Assembly: GCF_009914755.1 (NCBI RefSeq)
Contig: NC_060925.1
From: the human T2T-CHM13v2.0 reference genome, Homo sapiens
Direction: 5' to 3' (one strand)
DNA length: 64,000 nt
Below the pieces are notes generated by a model. That model did not search any database. It was not told the DNA's origin and was given only the letters and a program-made list of their open reading frames with translations. How positions within the stretch are numbered: position 1 is the stretch's first letter; each line of letters opens with the position of its first letter. Below are positions 43,050 to 59,080 of the stretch, piece by piece. The translations under genes and the position numbers were made by a program.

Positions 43050-43620
43050 CGATGATGAGAGGGCCGGGCTGCTGGCTGCGGGTCTGGCTGAGCGGGCCGG
43101 GGGCCTCTCACCTTTGCGGGCCTTGTCTCCCGGGATGTTCTGGGCCCGCAGCCGTTGGTCGAGGATGTAAAGCATCTCCCCGCCCAAGTTCAAGAAGAGC
43201 AGCGGTAGCGTCCGCACCGACATGGTGCTGGAAACGAGCTGGACTGGTGAAGAGCCCCGGGGTTCGGTAGCCAGTGGCCTGAAGGCCAGGCCGCAGCGTC
43301 CCAATAGTCCGGTTGCTGGGGCAACGCCGTGACGGGAAGAGCGAGCCAATCAGAAGGCGGTTTGGTGGGAGGTGCCCTGAAGACGGGAGCTAATTGGTCT
43401 GGGTGGTGGACCGTCCCGGGGGGATTGGTCCGAGCCAGAGGCCGGCGCGGCGTTGGGCGCGGCTGGGGAGCTGTGCTTCTGAGAGTAGGTTTCCCTCGAA
43501 AGGGCGAGGGCCGGGCCAGGGCTGGGGGTGGTCTCGACACAGCCAGCCCGGCGCTTGGGACCCCGGCCGCTGGCGCGGGGCCTCAGGTTCCTATAACAGA
43601 GGAAAGCCCAGGCAGAACGG
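43050..43620 (-). promoter_or_regulatory. OSCP1 CpG-island promoter with CCAAT boxes and an X-box
   Basis: High CpG density; CCAAT/ATTGG at 43301, 43346, 43393 and 43424; GTTGCTGGGGCAAC at 43312-43325. Confidence 0.85.
43112..43223 (-). CDS. OSCP1: OSCP1 exon 1 coding part (MSVRTLPLLF...DKARK)
   Basis: ATG at 43223 in ACCATGT context within a CpG island; donor AAAG|GTGAG; 112 nt; matches the OSCP1 N-terminus. Confidence 0.97.
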
Positions 43621-43888
43621 CATTAGAGCAGGCTCGGGTCAGACGGACCTGGGTTGGAATCACGGCTCGTGATTTCTTGCTGTGTGACTTCGGGCAGGGT
43701 TTGAGCCTTGGCTTCCTCTTACGTAACATGGAGCTGGCACTCACATCACAGGGCGGCTGAGAGGAATCAGTCAGATCATGGAAAGGCCCCGAAAGCACTC
43801 AATAAAAATGGTAACTGACTTTTCTTTTAGACGGGGGAAGGATCAGAAGTCCTGAGTCGTTTGCATCGCCTCCCAAAAGTTTACTTGA

Positions 43889-44446
<558 letters not shown>

Positions 44447-45825
44447 TAAATTTCAGTACTTCCAAAACCTACTAATTATCTTTCCCTCCAGCTACTCAAA
44501 CTTGAAACTTGGGCCTTGGCTTCCAAATCTGTTTCCCAGGGTCTTTTATCAGTCATCATATTATGCTTTTTCCTCCAACACCTTTCTTACATTCATCCCT
44601 TCATTTGTTTTTCTGTCTGCATTGCTATGTTCCTCTGTATCACTGTTCTTTTCTCTCTTCTACCTTGCACTGGCTGCTAAGCTAAATGTCAGAAGACATC
44701 ACTTTTTTTTTTTTGAGATGGAGTTTCACTCTTGTCGCCCAGGCTGGTGTGCAATGGCACGATCTCGGCTTACTGCAACCTCCGCCTCCTGGTTTCAAGC
44801 GATTCTTCTGCCTCAGCCTCCTGAGTAAGCTGGGATTACAGGCATGGACCAGGGCACCATGCCCGGCTAATTTTGTATTTTTAGTAGAGATGGGGTTTCA
44901 CCATGTTGGCCAGGCTGGTCTCGAACTCCTGACCTCAGGTGATCTGCCCGCCTCGGCCTCCCAAAGTGTTGGGATTACAGGCATGAGCCACTGCGCCCGG
45001 CCAGCATCACTGTCAACATGACACATCCCTTCAGTGGTTTCCTACTCTTTGCCAGATCACAGTCTAGATGCCTTGGCATGGCATTCCAGGCTCTCCACAG
45101 GCTCCAGCTACCTTTTTTTTTTTTTTTTTTTAAAGAGATAGGGGTCTTACTTTGTTGCCCAAGGTTGGAATGCAGTGGCACCCTGGTGGCTCACTGCAGC
45201 CTAGAACTCCTAGCCTCAAGTGATTCTTCCACCTCAGACTCCTTAGTTGTTGGGATTTCAGGTGAGAGCCACCATACCCGGCCAACTACCTTTTTAAAGC
45301 CATCTCCTGCACCTGGCCACCTCCTCTCCCCCAGTCCAGTTGAACTTGTCAGCAGGCTGCCTCTTCCTCATTACCACACCACTGAAAAGTCTTGTCCTGC
45401 CATAACTGAGCCCAAGTCCTTCCCATATTAACATTCTCCTTCCATCCCTGCTAGTCTGTTTTCCTTCCTTTCCTTCCCAGTGAAGTGTTTTGAACGAGTT
45501 GACAACACTCACAACTGGAACCTCCTTAACATCCTCACTCCCCACCTCATTGCAACTGGTATTATGCTCCCTGAACCCCACTGAAACTGCTTCACCATGA
45601 ATACTTTTTGGTCCTTCCCTTAACTGATATCTCAGCATCAGGACTATACAGTATCCCATGGCTGGCAGCCCAAGGCTTTGTTTAATTTGGTTATTTTGCC
45701 TGCTCTGTGCTCTGTTTTAAAAGGGAATACAGGCCAGGCGCAGTGGCTCACACCTGTAATCCCTGCACTTTGGGAGGCCAAGGCCAGCAGATCACTTGAG
45801 GTCAGGAGTTCAAGACAGGAGTTCA

Positions 45826-46011
<186 letters not shown>

Positions 46012-47330
46012 TCAAAAAAATTAAAATAAATAAATAAGAGGGAATACAACTAGGATAGGAATGTAATAAACACCTTAGCATCATTACTTCATGTTAGGCC
46101 TTCATGCATTTTTGTTACCTGCCTTGCTCCCAAAAGCATTTGAGTTTGCTGTAGTGTACTCTTCCCTTAGCTTCTCAGACCTTTTTCTTGGTCCCTAAGC
46201 AGTGTGGTATAGTGAACAGGACATAGGCTCTGGAGTCAAGACAGAGCCAGCTTTGAATCCTAGACCTTTCTCTTCCCAGCTATATGAATTTGGACAAGTT
46301 ACCTAACCTCTCTGAGTCTCAGTTCTCTCATGACTCTCTCATCTCTCATGGCTAAAATGAGGATAATTAGCCAATGTGCAGAGTAAAGGTGGCTGTGAAT
46401 ATTAGATAATGTGCCTAAGGAAGCAGTTAAAACAATGCCTTTTGACCGGATGCAGTTGCTCGCGCCTGTAATCCCAGCACTCTGGGAAACCAAGGCATTT
46501 GGGAGGGCAAGGATTGCTTGAGGCCAAGAGTTTGAGTAACCTGGGCAACATAGTGAGACCCTCTCTACAAAAAATAAAAAAATTAGCTAAGCGCAGTGGC
46601 TTACACTTATAGTCCTAGCTACTTAGGAGGCAGAGGCAAGAGGATTGCTTGAGCCCAAGAATTTGAAGTTAGTGAATTATGATCAGGCTACTGCACTCCA
46701 GTTGGGGCAACAGAGCAAGATCCTGTCTCTAAAAAAACAACCAGCCAAACCAACCAACCAACCAACCAACGAAAAACACACAAATGCCTTTGCAGTAGGG
46801 CCTGATCCATTAAAATGTGTTCCTTTTTCTTTCCTTCCCCTTGGCTAGCCCCCTTAACTGTTAGTACCTGGCCCTCTGACACACTACCTCTAAGTAGCCG
46901 TGGCCACTTGGAAGTCCTGGCCCATTAAAGGCCTTCCCTACAATTCCTGGAAGTGATATCTGAATAGTGGATCTTCAGTTCTGAGCCTCTCATTTCTGCT
47001 TCTGCAGACACCCAGGCTCTGTTCTATCCCTACTTCACCTTCTCCTCCAGCTCAGCTGCTCCTTCTGACTTAGGCTAAGCTCTCAGGGATCATCCTTCCC
47101 ATCCAGACATGGTCCTTTTTTCTTATACACTCCATCCCTGGGCAGTTTCACTTATGCCCATGGGCTCAATCACCCAACAACTCGCAAACCTCTCTAGTCC
47201 AGACCTCTCTACTGAGTCCTAGATCTAAACTTCCAACTGCTCTTTGGATAGCACTTTAGCACACCTTTCTCCCTTTTTGGCTTTCCTCAGTGGCTTCCCT
47301 TCCCAGAGTGAAGTCCAGTGTATTTCTCCA

Positions 47331-47700
47331 GTGTTATGGGCCGAATGTGTCCCCGACCAAATTCATATGTCGAAGCCCTAACTCCAATGTTACAGTATTT
47401 AGAGATGGGGCTTCTCAGAGTTAACTAGGGTTACATAAGGTCGTGAGTACGGCCCTCATGATGGGATTAGTGGCCTTGTAAGAGTGAGCTCTCCCCACTG
47501 CATGGACCAAGGGAAAGGCCATGTGATGACATTGAGAAGGTGGCTTTTCCAAGCTAGGAAGAGTCCTCACCTGAAACTGAATTGGCTGGTACTCTGATCT
47601 TGGAATCCCCAGCCTCCAGAACTGTGAAAAAACGAACTCAAAATAAAAATCCTGTGAAGTCACCTAATCTATGGTATTTTGTTATGGCAGGCTGAGACAC
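47331..47700 (+). mobile_element. MaLR LTR (MLT1A/B-like)
   Basis: TGTTATGGGCCGAATGTGTCCCC...CTATGGTATTTTGTTATGGCAG. Confidence 0.8.
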
Positions 47701-48643
47701 CCAAAAAGCTCTACATCACCTGGTATTTGCCTACCCCTCTGACCTTGTCTTCTTACTATTCTCTTTGTTCTGTTTTAGACACATTGTCTTCCTTGGGTTC
47801 TTCAAACATACCAAGCATGCTCAGGCTTCAAGGTGTTGGCACTTAACTTGGTGTAAATGGATGGGCTTTATGGGGAACGGGGATCCATAACTCCCTAGAA
47901 TTTATAAGCAATGCTTTGCATATGCTTCCTGGGGATAGGACTTGTAGTTTTGATCAGATTCTCTACGTGAACACTGATATCCCCCAGCCCCAGTACACTG
48001 CTCTGATCTCTCCTCCTCCCATCTACCATCCACACAGCTGTTGCTTAACTATCTAAAACACAGACTTGTTATTTGCCATCACTCCTTCAGTTTTAAAACT
48101 TGAACTGTCTCCCCACTCCCTAGTGGACAGTGTACAATCTTCTCAGCCTAGCATATAAAGCTTCTCACACTTCAGCTTCAGCTTACCTTTCAAGCTTTAT
48201 TTCTCATTTTCCCCGTTCTCTGAATACAGCATGCCTCTCTAGACTTCCTTGCCTTTGTACTTGCAATCCCTTCTGCCCAGGAGGCCTTCCCTTCCTGTCT
48301 CTATATAGTGAATTCCTACTCATCCTTTAGGACCCAGTCCAGAAGGCAGCTCCTACAGCAGTTCTTCCTACCCAGCCGGCCACACTTCCACTGTGCTGTC
48401 ACATGCTCTGTCTTGCCTCCACTGACACACATCACCTGGATGACAGGTACTTGTTTGTATGAGTGTGTGGGAGGCATGTCATGAGTGTGTATCCTCTGGT
48501 GGGTGAGGCAGGGACTCTGCCTCAGAAAACTCTGGGATCTCAGAGCTGAATGAAAGAATAAATTCCTTCTCCTCTTCAGGCCAAAAAGAGCCCCATCATC
48601 TCTCCTATCATTCTTCAAGACAGAAAGAAATGATTGAACAGAA

Positions 48644-48956
<313 letters not shown>

Positions 48957-48959
48957 CTA

Positions 48960-49274
<315 letters not shown>

Positions 49275-49970
49275 TTACTGTTGTTCACAGTAACAAACAA
49301 TGGTCATTTTATCATTTCACTGAAATTTCTCAGTAATCTTATGCAAATATTAATGCAATTCTGAAGGAGGTATTATCATTGTTATTCCCATTTTACAGAT
49401 GAGAAAACAAAGGTTTAAAGATGTTATCTGATTCACAAAAGGTCTTTAGAACTGTGAGTGCTGAGATAGGGTCTTGAATCTCTATCTATTGGTCTGACTT
49501 CAAACCTCATGCTCTTTCTCCTACACTACCCACTCAGACTCTCCATAGCTTAGCAAACTGTCAGCTGGGGTAGAGAGGAAGGAAGGCCTTGTGCTCTTCC
49601 TGGAAATGCCTACCCACAGCTGGCTGCTGCCCTGTGAAGGACCTCTGCAGTAGGGCTGCTGTCCCACACCTCAAATAAGCAAAACTGTGATCTTTAAGAA
49701 GCAGGCTCCAGGGAACACTGAGGTGCCAGGCATGGTGCTGGACCAGTCTGTATTCACAATCATTTGTTTATTAAAAATAACAGCATTTGCCTAATTACAG
49801 CAGCTCTGTGCCAGACACTGTGCTGAGATATGGTATAATGGTTAAGAATATGGCTGGCCACGGTGGCTCACACCTGTAATCTCAGCACTTTAGGAGGCCG
49901 AGGTGGGGAGATCACGAGGTCAGGAGATTGGGATCATCCTGGCTAACACGGTGAAACCCTGTCTCTACTA

Positions 49971-50194
<224 letters not shown>

Positions 50195-50778
50195 TCAGTA
50201 CATCACTTCCCAGTGCTATGCCTTAAGGAATAACTTAATCATTCCATGACTAGATTATTCCTCGTTAAGATGGGAAAAAAAAGTCATGAGAGTCAAATAA
50301 GAAGATGCATGTGAAGTACTTAGCACAGGGCCTAAAGACTTTATATGCATCACATTGGCTGTTATTATTATTTCACATAATCCTTGCAATCCTGTGAGCA
50401 AGTATTTGTATGATCTCCATCTTATTGAAAAGAAAACTGAGGCTGAGACCTGTACTTCCCTAATATCACACAGCTAGTTAAGTGGAAGTGGCAGAGCTCG
50501 GATTTGAACCCAGGGCAATCTGACTCCATTCATGCATTCAACAAATATTTACTGAGCACTCAGCATGTGCCAGACACAGTGATCATGCTCTCAAGTTTGT
50601 GTTCTTAACCCCTGGTGACACTCAGCATGGCCTTGTAAGGCTCCAAGTCCTCTGGAGGCAGGAGGGAAGCATTTTCAGTGGCTTCTAAGCCTCCTTCTCT
50701 GGACCCAGAGCCCTTCCCCTCCGGACCCCTTTCCCCCAGGCTGCTGCTGTTTAACTGTGAATGACGTCCAGAGTTTAC

Positions 50779-50837
50779 CTTTCGATGTTTCTCCAAGTGT
50801 TCTTCATAACTGCGGATCTTGACAGACAAGGCAATAA
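50779..50837 (-). CDS. MRPS15: MRPS15 exon 6 (IALSVKIRSY...EKHRK)
   Basis: tttcag| ... AAG|gtaaac; 59 nt; S15 domain. Confidence 0.95.
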
Positions 50838-51082
50838 CTGAAACCACAAACCACAGAGGATGAGAGTTGGGCACAGAGGAAGGAAGGGCCCAGGCCTCGT
50901 TTACGTTTTAAGAACTCAAGGAATAACAATCACCAATGCTCTGTACAGCTCTCTATAAATCCCAAATCACTCTGAATTTCAAGATTTCAAAGGCTTATCT
51001 TAGACATTACCTTCCCTTAAAAAGCAAAATCCAAGGAAGGGACATCCCTTAATATTATAAAGATATCATCCAAAAATCATAG

Positions 51083-51430
<348 letters not shown>

Positions 51431-53504
51431 TAGACCAGGATACAGTGCTATCATGGTTAACAATTCAACATTGTATTAGAGGTCCAAGCCAATGCAGTAA
51501 AGTATTTTGGCACAAATAAGATTCTAAAACTGTCACGGGTCTACTCCTTGCCTCTCCCCTTCCTGCTGCCACCTTTATCTCCATGCTTTGACTAATGAAT
51601 TTTCAGAATTATCAGCTCCCACTTGTCTCTCAAGAACCCAGGATATCGTTCATTCAGGCATCCTCTTGTTTAATTTACCCCCTGTACTGCAAAGATGGGG
51701 GCAAAAGCAGAAGCTGGCCCCAAAGAGAGGCTGTCACGACAGCAGGCCCTTCCCAGTACATACTGAGTTCTGGGAGCACTGCAGAAAGTGCAGTGGGAAC
51801 CCTGACCCCGACCACATGGCTCCATCACAGCAACTTAGGTGTAGAGTGGAACAACACAGAAAGATAGGCCTTGGTTCCTGAGTGCCTCTCTAGAGCAGGC
51901 ACTATGCTAGAAGCAACTGGCATTCAGAAAACTGAGTAATAATGGAAAGGCAGAAGTGACATCTGTGGGCTGGGCGTGGTGACTCATGCCTGTAATCCCA
52001 GCACTTTGGGAGGCTGAGGCAGGTGAATTACTTGAGCTCAGGAGTTCGAGATCAGCCTGGGCAATATGACAAAATCCTGTCTCTACCAAAAACACAAAAA
52101 TTAGCTTGACATGGTTGTGCATGCCTTTGGTCCCAGCTACTTGGGAGCCTGAGGTAGGAGAATTGCTGGAGCCCCAGAAGTTGCGCTGTAGTGAGCCATG
52201 ATCACACCTGCCACTGACTGCATTCCAGCCTGAGTGACAGAGTGAGATCCGGTCTCAAAAAAAAAAAAAAAAAAAAAAGAATCAAAACTTGTGCTTAAAG
52301 ACGACCCCAGTAACCACCTTGCCAGTCCAGGCCATTTGTTCCTGCCAACCTGGGGATTTCAGTAGTGATAATGCAGAAACAGGTGAGGAAAGATAAGCAG
52401 GCCTTTTGTGGCCGAGCTGGTCCCTAGCCCAGGGCTTTAGCAGGGCAAGGGAAGCTGAAACTCATCTTCTCAAAAGAGGCTATGGAGGACCCTTGAGTCC
52501 AGTTCTCAATGGGGTTTTAGTATCCAAGATGAACTCACCAGACTTTAATCCCTGGCAGAGGGAGAAGAAAAGAATGAAGGGAGAAGAATGAAGGCAGGAG
52601 GGTGGAAGAGGAGGAGGAGGCTATAATATAGGCCAATGGCAAAGGAGAGAAAGTGTGCAGATCCTCTGCAGGTCCACTAGTCTACCTCACTTGCTCTCAG
52701 TGGGCAATGAAGAGAAACTGCACCCAGAGAGAGGGGGAAATGGTGGTGCTTTTCACTCACATCTAATGAGGACTACTGCCAGTTCTAGCCTGAACCAAAG
52801 TAGCAACATTATTCCCTTGGGAATGCACCATGGTGTCTGTCTGGCACAAGAGGGTTCAAAATGTTGGTCTTATTTTTTTATTTTCGAGACGGAGTCTCGC
52901 TCTGTTGCCCAGGCGAGAGTGCAGTGGCGCGATCTCGGCTCACTGCAAGCTCCGCCTCCCAGGTTCACGCCATTCTCCTGCCTCAGCCCCAGTAGCTAGG
53001 ACTACAGGCGCCCGCCACCATGCCCGGCTAATTTTTTGTATTTTTAGTAGAGACGGGGTTTCACCGTGTTAGCCAGGATGGTCTTGATCTCCTGACCTTG
53101 TGATCCACCTGCTTGGCCTCCCAAAGTGCTGGGATTACAGGCGTGAGCCACCGCGCCTGGCCTAGTCTTACTATTATTATCACACATTGTGAGCTTTAGT
53201 TTCCAAGGTGTGTTTACATCCCCTAGCTGCCTCTCACAATGCTGCCATGAGGTGGGTAACATTACCTCTGCTCTGCTCTCCCTTATTCCCCCATTTCCAG
53301 ATGAGGAAGCAGGGGCTCCAAGAGAGGGTTGGTGACTTACCCAAGCTCACACAGTGGTACAAGGTCCAACTGGGTGTTGACTCCAGCATCAGAGCTTGGG
53401 ATACAGGGTCCAATTTTCATTGCCCTAGGTCCTTCATGTCTCTCCCTTTCCCCAGCCCATGTGCATGTGCTTGTAGACAAGAGCCCTAGATCAGGTCCCA
53501 GCTA

Positions 53505-53678
<174 letters not shown>

Positions 53679-54120
53679 CTAAGAACTAGCCCTCCTCCCC
53701 CCAAGGGCCCTGGCTATAGTTATAGCAACTAGGGCCATAAGGCTCAGGGCCTGACTTCACTCTGCTCACTGTGGCCTTGACCAACCACATGGCTATCCAC
53801 ATCCAGGTGAGCCCAAAGCCAAAGCCACTGACAGAGGAAATGACTTGTTGCATGAATGTCCCCAAAGCTTGCTCATTCATTTATGCTCATTCATTCATTC
53901 ACTGAGCACCTGTTTGTCAGGTGCTAGGGGTATGGTGGGGGAACAAAAGTGTCCCTGCCCTGAAGATGCTCTGTCTAGGGATATTGACAAATGGAGGCAG
54001 AATGACAGTGGGCTAAGTGCTGTGACTGGAGAAGCATGAGATGCGGGGTGCTAATCAGGGTAGAAGGGAGTCCCAGAGGAGAAGACTGCGGGAGGCTGAG
54101 GCTTGGCAGAGGCTGCTCAC

Positions 54121-54169
54121 CTTGTTGGCCATTTCCAAAGACAAGAGTCTTTTCACGACATCATCAACC
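54121..54169 (-). CDS. MRPS15: MRPS15 exon 4 (VDDVVKRLLSLEMANK)
   Basis: ccacag| ... AAG|gtgag; 49 nt. Confidence 0.95.
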
Positions 54170-54943
54170 CTGTGGATAAACCACAGCAATGAGACAGACA
54201 TGGGGGGAGAAGAGAGGAAAGCAATGCTGGTTTCATTTTAGTTTGAAAAGCAAAGATGATTGAAAAATTCCTTCTGTAGCAAATGAATCTCCCTGGAGGT
54301 GGGGAGCCATTTCCCAGGGATTAAAAGTCAGTGTGGATCTGGCTTGCTGGGCTGAAACTACAGAAACTGGGGCTGTCAGCTCGACTGTTCCGGTCTCATC
54401 ACAGGGAGGGCAAGGAGAGGATTTCCATTTTAGCTACAACATGGTTCAATCTGTTTTGAGACATTTCAAGTTAAATTGCACAGTGGGAGGGACTGACCAG
54501 CTCCCACCACACTGCATAGGAGCTGAGCAGAGGGCCTCTGGCTTTGGTGTCAGTCAGCCCTGGATTCAAACTCTAGCTCTGCCCTTTAGAACTGTATGAC
54601 ACTGGACAGCTTGAAAATCTATAAAATGGGGACATACAGCTTTTGTGAGGAACAAGAGATGAGAGATTTCTACAAAGACCTGTGAAGTATGTTAGCTCCT
54701 TGGAATCTAGTGGTACAGGGTGTTCATCTAGAGTACAAAAAAAACCCCAAGTAGCCGAGCTCCATGAGTGCCATCTGCCTTGCTGACCACCCACCCTCAC
54801 CACACCTGGACACCTGGGCCCCTGCCTCCTTCTAGATCAAGCTTCAGCTACAGCAAGCCAAGTCTCAAAGCCACTGTCTTTCCCCACTCCCCGACAATCC
54901 TCCCAGGGCCCCCTGCCTCCTCTACTAGGTTTCTTCCTGCTTA

Positions 54944-55132
<189 letters not shown>

Positions 55133-55986
55133 TCAAGCAAAGCACTGGATATCTCTCGGCTCAGTTTCTCCTTTGCAAACTCCGTGGGCACCTGCTTTGA
55201 TATTTCATGTTGCGAGTAGGTGGCTTTTCCCAAGACCCTACACTGTGCCTGCACCTTTCACACACCTATCTGGCTCTACAGTTCTCAGATCCCCCACTAG
55301 GATGGGTCCTCCTGTGGATAGGACAGAGTTTGACTCCCTTGGAATCCACCATAGTCTGGCCCATGGCTCAGCCTAGACTAGGCACTCAACAAACACTTGC
55401 TGGCTGACTGCATGTATGAATTAAGGGGGTTGAGGAAAGGCAGCTAGCTGTACGATGCCTGAAATGTAAGCACCAAGTAGAGATCACAGGAAAACCTCAG
55501 TCTTGGTGTGTGCACCCCTGCTATCCCTTGGAGATGAGGAAGAGGCATAGAGTAGATGGACTTATCCTCTCCAGTCAGACCCTGCTATGCAAATAACATT
55601 AATGGGCCTCTTCTGTCTGTAACAGCTCAAGTTGATTCTGATAGGGAGGCAGAAAAGAATTATATTAAAAATATATTAATAGCAATAAATTCTACTTATT
55701 TTATTTTTTGTAGAGACTGGGTCTTGCTATGTTGCCCAGGCTGGTCTTGAACTCCTGGCCTCAAGTGATCCTCCAGCCTTGGCCTCCCAAAATGTTGGGG
55801 CCATGTCCAGCCAATAATTTCTTTCTTTTTTGTTTTTTTGAGATGGAGTCTCGCTCTGTCACCCAGGCTGGAGTGCAGTGGCACGATCGGCTCACTGCAA
55901 CCTCCACCTCCCAGGTTCAAGCGATTCTCCTGCCTCAGCCTCCTGAGTAGCTGGGATTACAGGCGCGCGCTACCACACCTGGCTAA

Positions 55987-56160
<174 letters not shown>

Positions 56161-56662
56161 TAATTGAGCACAGCGTTAAGGGTGCTTTTCGTGTATTATC
56201 GCTGAATCCTAACAATCCTTGCAAATGGATACTTTCACACTCATTTTAGAAATAAGAATCAGAGAGAGGAAGTACCTTGCCCCATATCATTTACCTAATA
56301 AGAAGGATCTTAACTACTACGCATACTGAGTTGCAATGGGAAATTACATCCTGCATCTCAGAAGCGCAGACACAAAGTGCCATACTCTGGGTAGGCCTGG
56401 GTGGTGCCAGCCATGCACTCCCTCTGGCAAGCTCATTTTCACTCATTCACCTGGAAAGCTCCTGCTCCCGCCCTTCACACCCCTCTGTCCCCATACAGGC
56501 TGCAGGCCTAGGGCTTTGTGTAAGGTGGACGTGGGGTCTTTTGCTCAGGACCTCTGGCTCACCTCATCTAGTGGCTCTAATTCGCCACATCGGTCCCCTT
56601 ACCCACCCCAGCCTTCCAGGAGGTCTCTCTTCCGCCCCAAGTCCCACCTTAGGAACTCCTAC

Positions 56663-56707
56663 CTGGTTTCCGGACGACATATCCGCGCGCGGCCTGGAGG
56701 AGGAGAC
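56663..56707 (-). CDS. MRPS15: MRPS15 exon 2
   Basis: cgtag| ... CCAG|gtagga; 45 nt. Confidence 0.93.
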
Positions 56708-56917
56708 CTACGCAGAAAAGAGAGGGCTGAGGACCATCTCCTTAAATAGCCCACCCCTCAGTTCCTTTCTGTGCCCCTCGCATTGCCCGTCCGCCACGGT
56801 CTATGCGCTTCTGAACCTAACCGCTGCCCCATTTCTTCCCTACCCCTTGTCTCTCACATCTTGTTTCACCTCTTGCGCAACCACCGCCCTTTCCCCCTTA
56901 TCCTGACCGCTGTATAT

Positions 56918-57420
<503 letters not shown>

Positions 57421-57883
57421 CTGTATAAATTCTAAAATGCCACTTTTTGGAGGGCATGCGTTCCGTCCTTAATCTCATTCCTGGCCCTCGGGCCAGGGTT
57501 ATTTTGGGAGGTCCATGGCGCCTGCGGTAGCCTTCTACCCCCAACCCAATCCCCTCTCCACCCCACCTCACCCCTCCCTTAGACAAGGATGGGACCGTGT
57601 AAGAACTACTACTGGGTTTCAGCCATGTCTCTGGCAGCCTCGTAGCCTGGAGACTAAAGTCGCTGAGTTTGGAATCGCACAGTCCTGGTCTGGAATCCTA
57701 ACTCAGCCATTTACTCAACATGTGATCTTGTGGGCAAGTCACTTAACCTATGTGGGCCCTGTAGGGATAGTAATAACAATATCTCTCTTTTAGGTTGTTG
57801 AGAGGATTAACTGAGTTGTATGCAGACCACCTGGTATATAGTGAGCATTTAGTAAATCTTTACGGTGACGTTATTTGTGAAAT

Positions 57884-58573
57884 GAGTGGTGTAAGGGTGG
57901 ATACAAATTAGAAGAAAAAGAAAATTTAATTTTCCCTGGCGCAAAAAGGGAAAAGACTCCTTCCCCTCACTTTTCTGAGAGCATTTACTTTAGAAAACTT
58001 GTAATTGTGAATACTTTCTCTACTGCTTTGCGATGAATGTAAATCTTCTTAAAAGGTAAATAAACCTCTTGCCAGTTTTACAACCCCGGAATGTTTTTCT
58101 CAAGGACCTGGGGGCCAACCCTTTGAAATGTAATAATTAAGGAAGATAGTGCTCTCTCTCAGTTCCTGTGGGAGGGTAGGAGCCTAACTTCAGTTGGTGC
58201 CTAGCTCTTAGTTGCAACCTACCCTTTGTTATAAAGATAGGGGAAATCGATTTTTCCTTTGGATAAAGGCAATTAGCAGACACAGGTGGCTTCCCACTTA
58301 CCAGGTAAATTTAGAGTGAGGTGCAGCCAAGTCCTCTTGCTTGAGGACCAGTTATTGTTTATCTTGAGAAAATGGATACAGTAAGTTGTATTCACTTGGC
58401 TACATAAAAGAGTAAGATTTTTGTCTCTTTGCAGTCTCTTTAGTGGATCACCAGTGTATCACATTCCGGTTTAATGCTTATTCAATAATAACACTGTTTT
58501 CTTTCTTTTCTACCCTTGTGAAGAGGTTTTCTGCGTTGGCAGGGGATTTTGTCTTTAATTTTATTTCCCCAAC
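57884..58573 (+). mobile_element. ERV1 LTR, MER34-like
   Basis: CATTTACTTTAGAAAACTTGTAATTGT...TTTTATTTCCCCAACA terminus. Confidence 0.7.
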
Positions 58574-58760
58574 AGGGGTTAGTTTTTCCAAAGTCTCTTC
58601 ACCGTGTCCCACCGCACTGTCACTCCCCCCGTGTAACCCATGCCACTGTGCTCTAAGGATCAGTTTTCAAGTCTCCACCACTAGAATGCAGCTCTCTGAG
58701 GGTGAACTGAGCTGAGTCGTTTGCATAGGGCCTAGATACTGAGAGCTAGCAGAAGGAAGC

Positions 58761-58860
58761 AAGGGAAGGAAGGAGGGAAGGAAGGAAGGGAAAGGAAGGA
58801 AGGGAGGAAGGAAGGGGGGAAGGAAGGGAGGGAGGAAGGAAGGGAGGGAGGAAGAAAGGA
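58761..58860. repeat. 100-nt pure purine (GGAA/GGGA) tract
   Basis: No pyrimidine on the + strand from 58761 to 58860. Confidence 0.95.
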
Positions 58861-58975
58861 CCAACTCTGAGAAGTTTCCCCCTGACTGCTGGGCCCTGAA
58901 AAATAAATAACAGAGACTCAGGTACACCCAAGAGTGTCTATAAACAACAACAAAAACTGCAAACCAAAAACTAGT

Positions 58976-59080
58976 TTACAATACTGAAGTTATAGGAAAC
59001 AAGCACAAAAGGCCATTGGGTGGGGCTGGATGGAGCATGATCTGGTCCTTAAAGTATGCAGATCGCCTGGGAGGCCCAGC
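58976..59080 (-). CDS. CSF3R: CSF3R class IV alternative C-terminus (AGPPRRSAYF...PITSVL*)
   Basis: Cryptic intron 59081-59500 (CAG|gtcctt ... ccatag|GCT); 34 aa + TAA, in frame. Confidence 0.85.
   Translation of the reverse strand, partial: AGPPRRSAYFKDQIMLHPAPPNGLLCLFPITSVL

Noticed and set aside
43044-43349. N-terminally extended OSCP1 (MARSSRHG...)
   Set aside because: The start is TTG within a CCAAT box, at or upstream of the likely TSS; the real ATG is at 43223.
56277-56906. 209-aa + strand ORF antisense to MRPS15
   Set aside because: TTG start, GC/CT-rich composition; chance ORF across exon 2.
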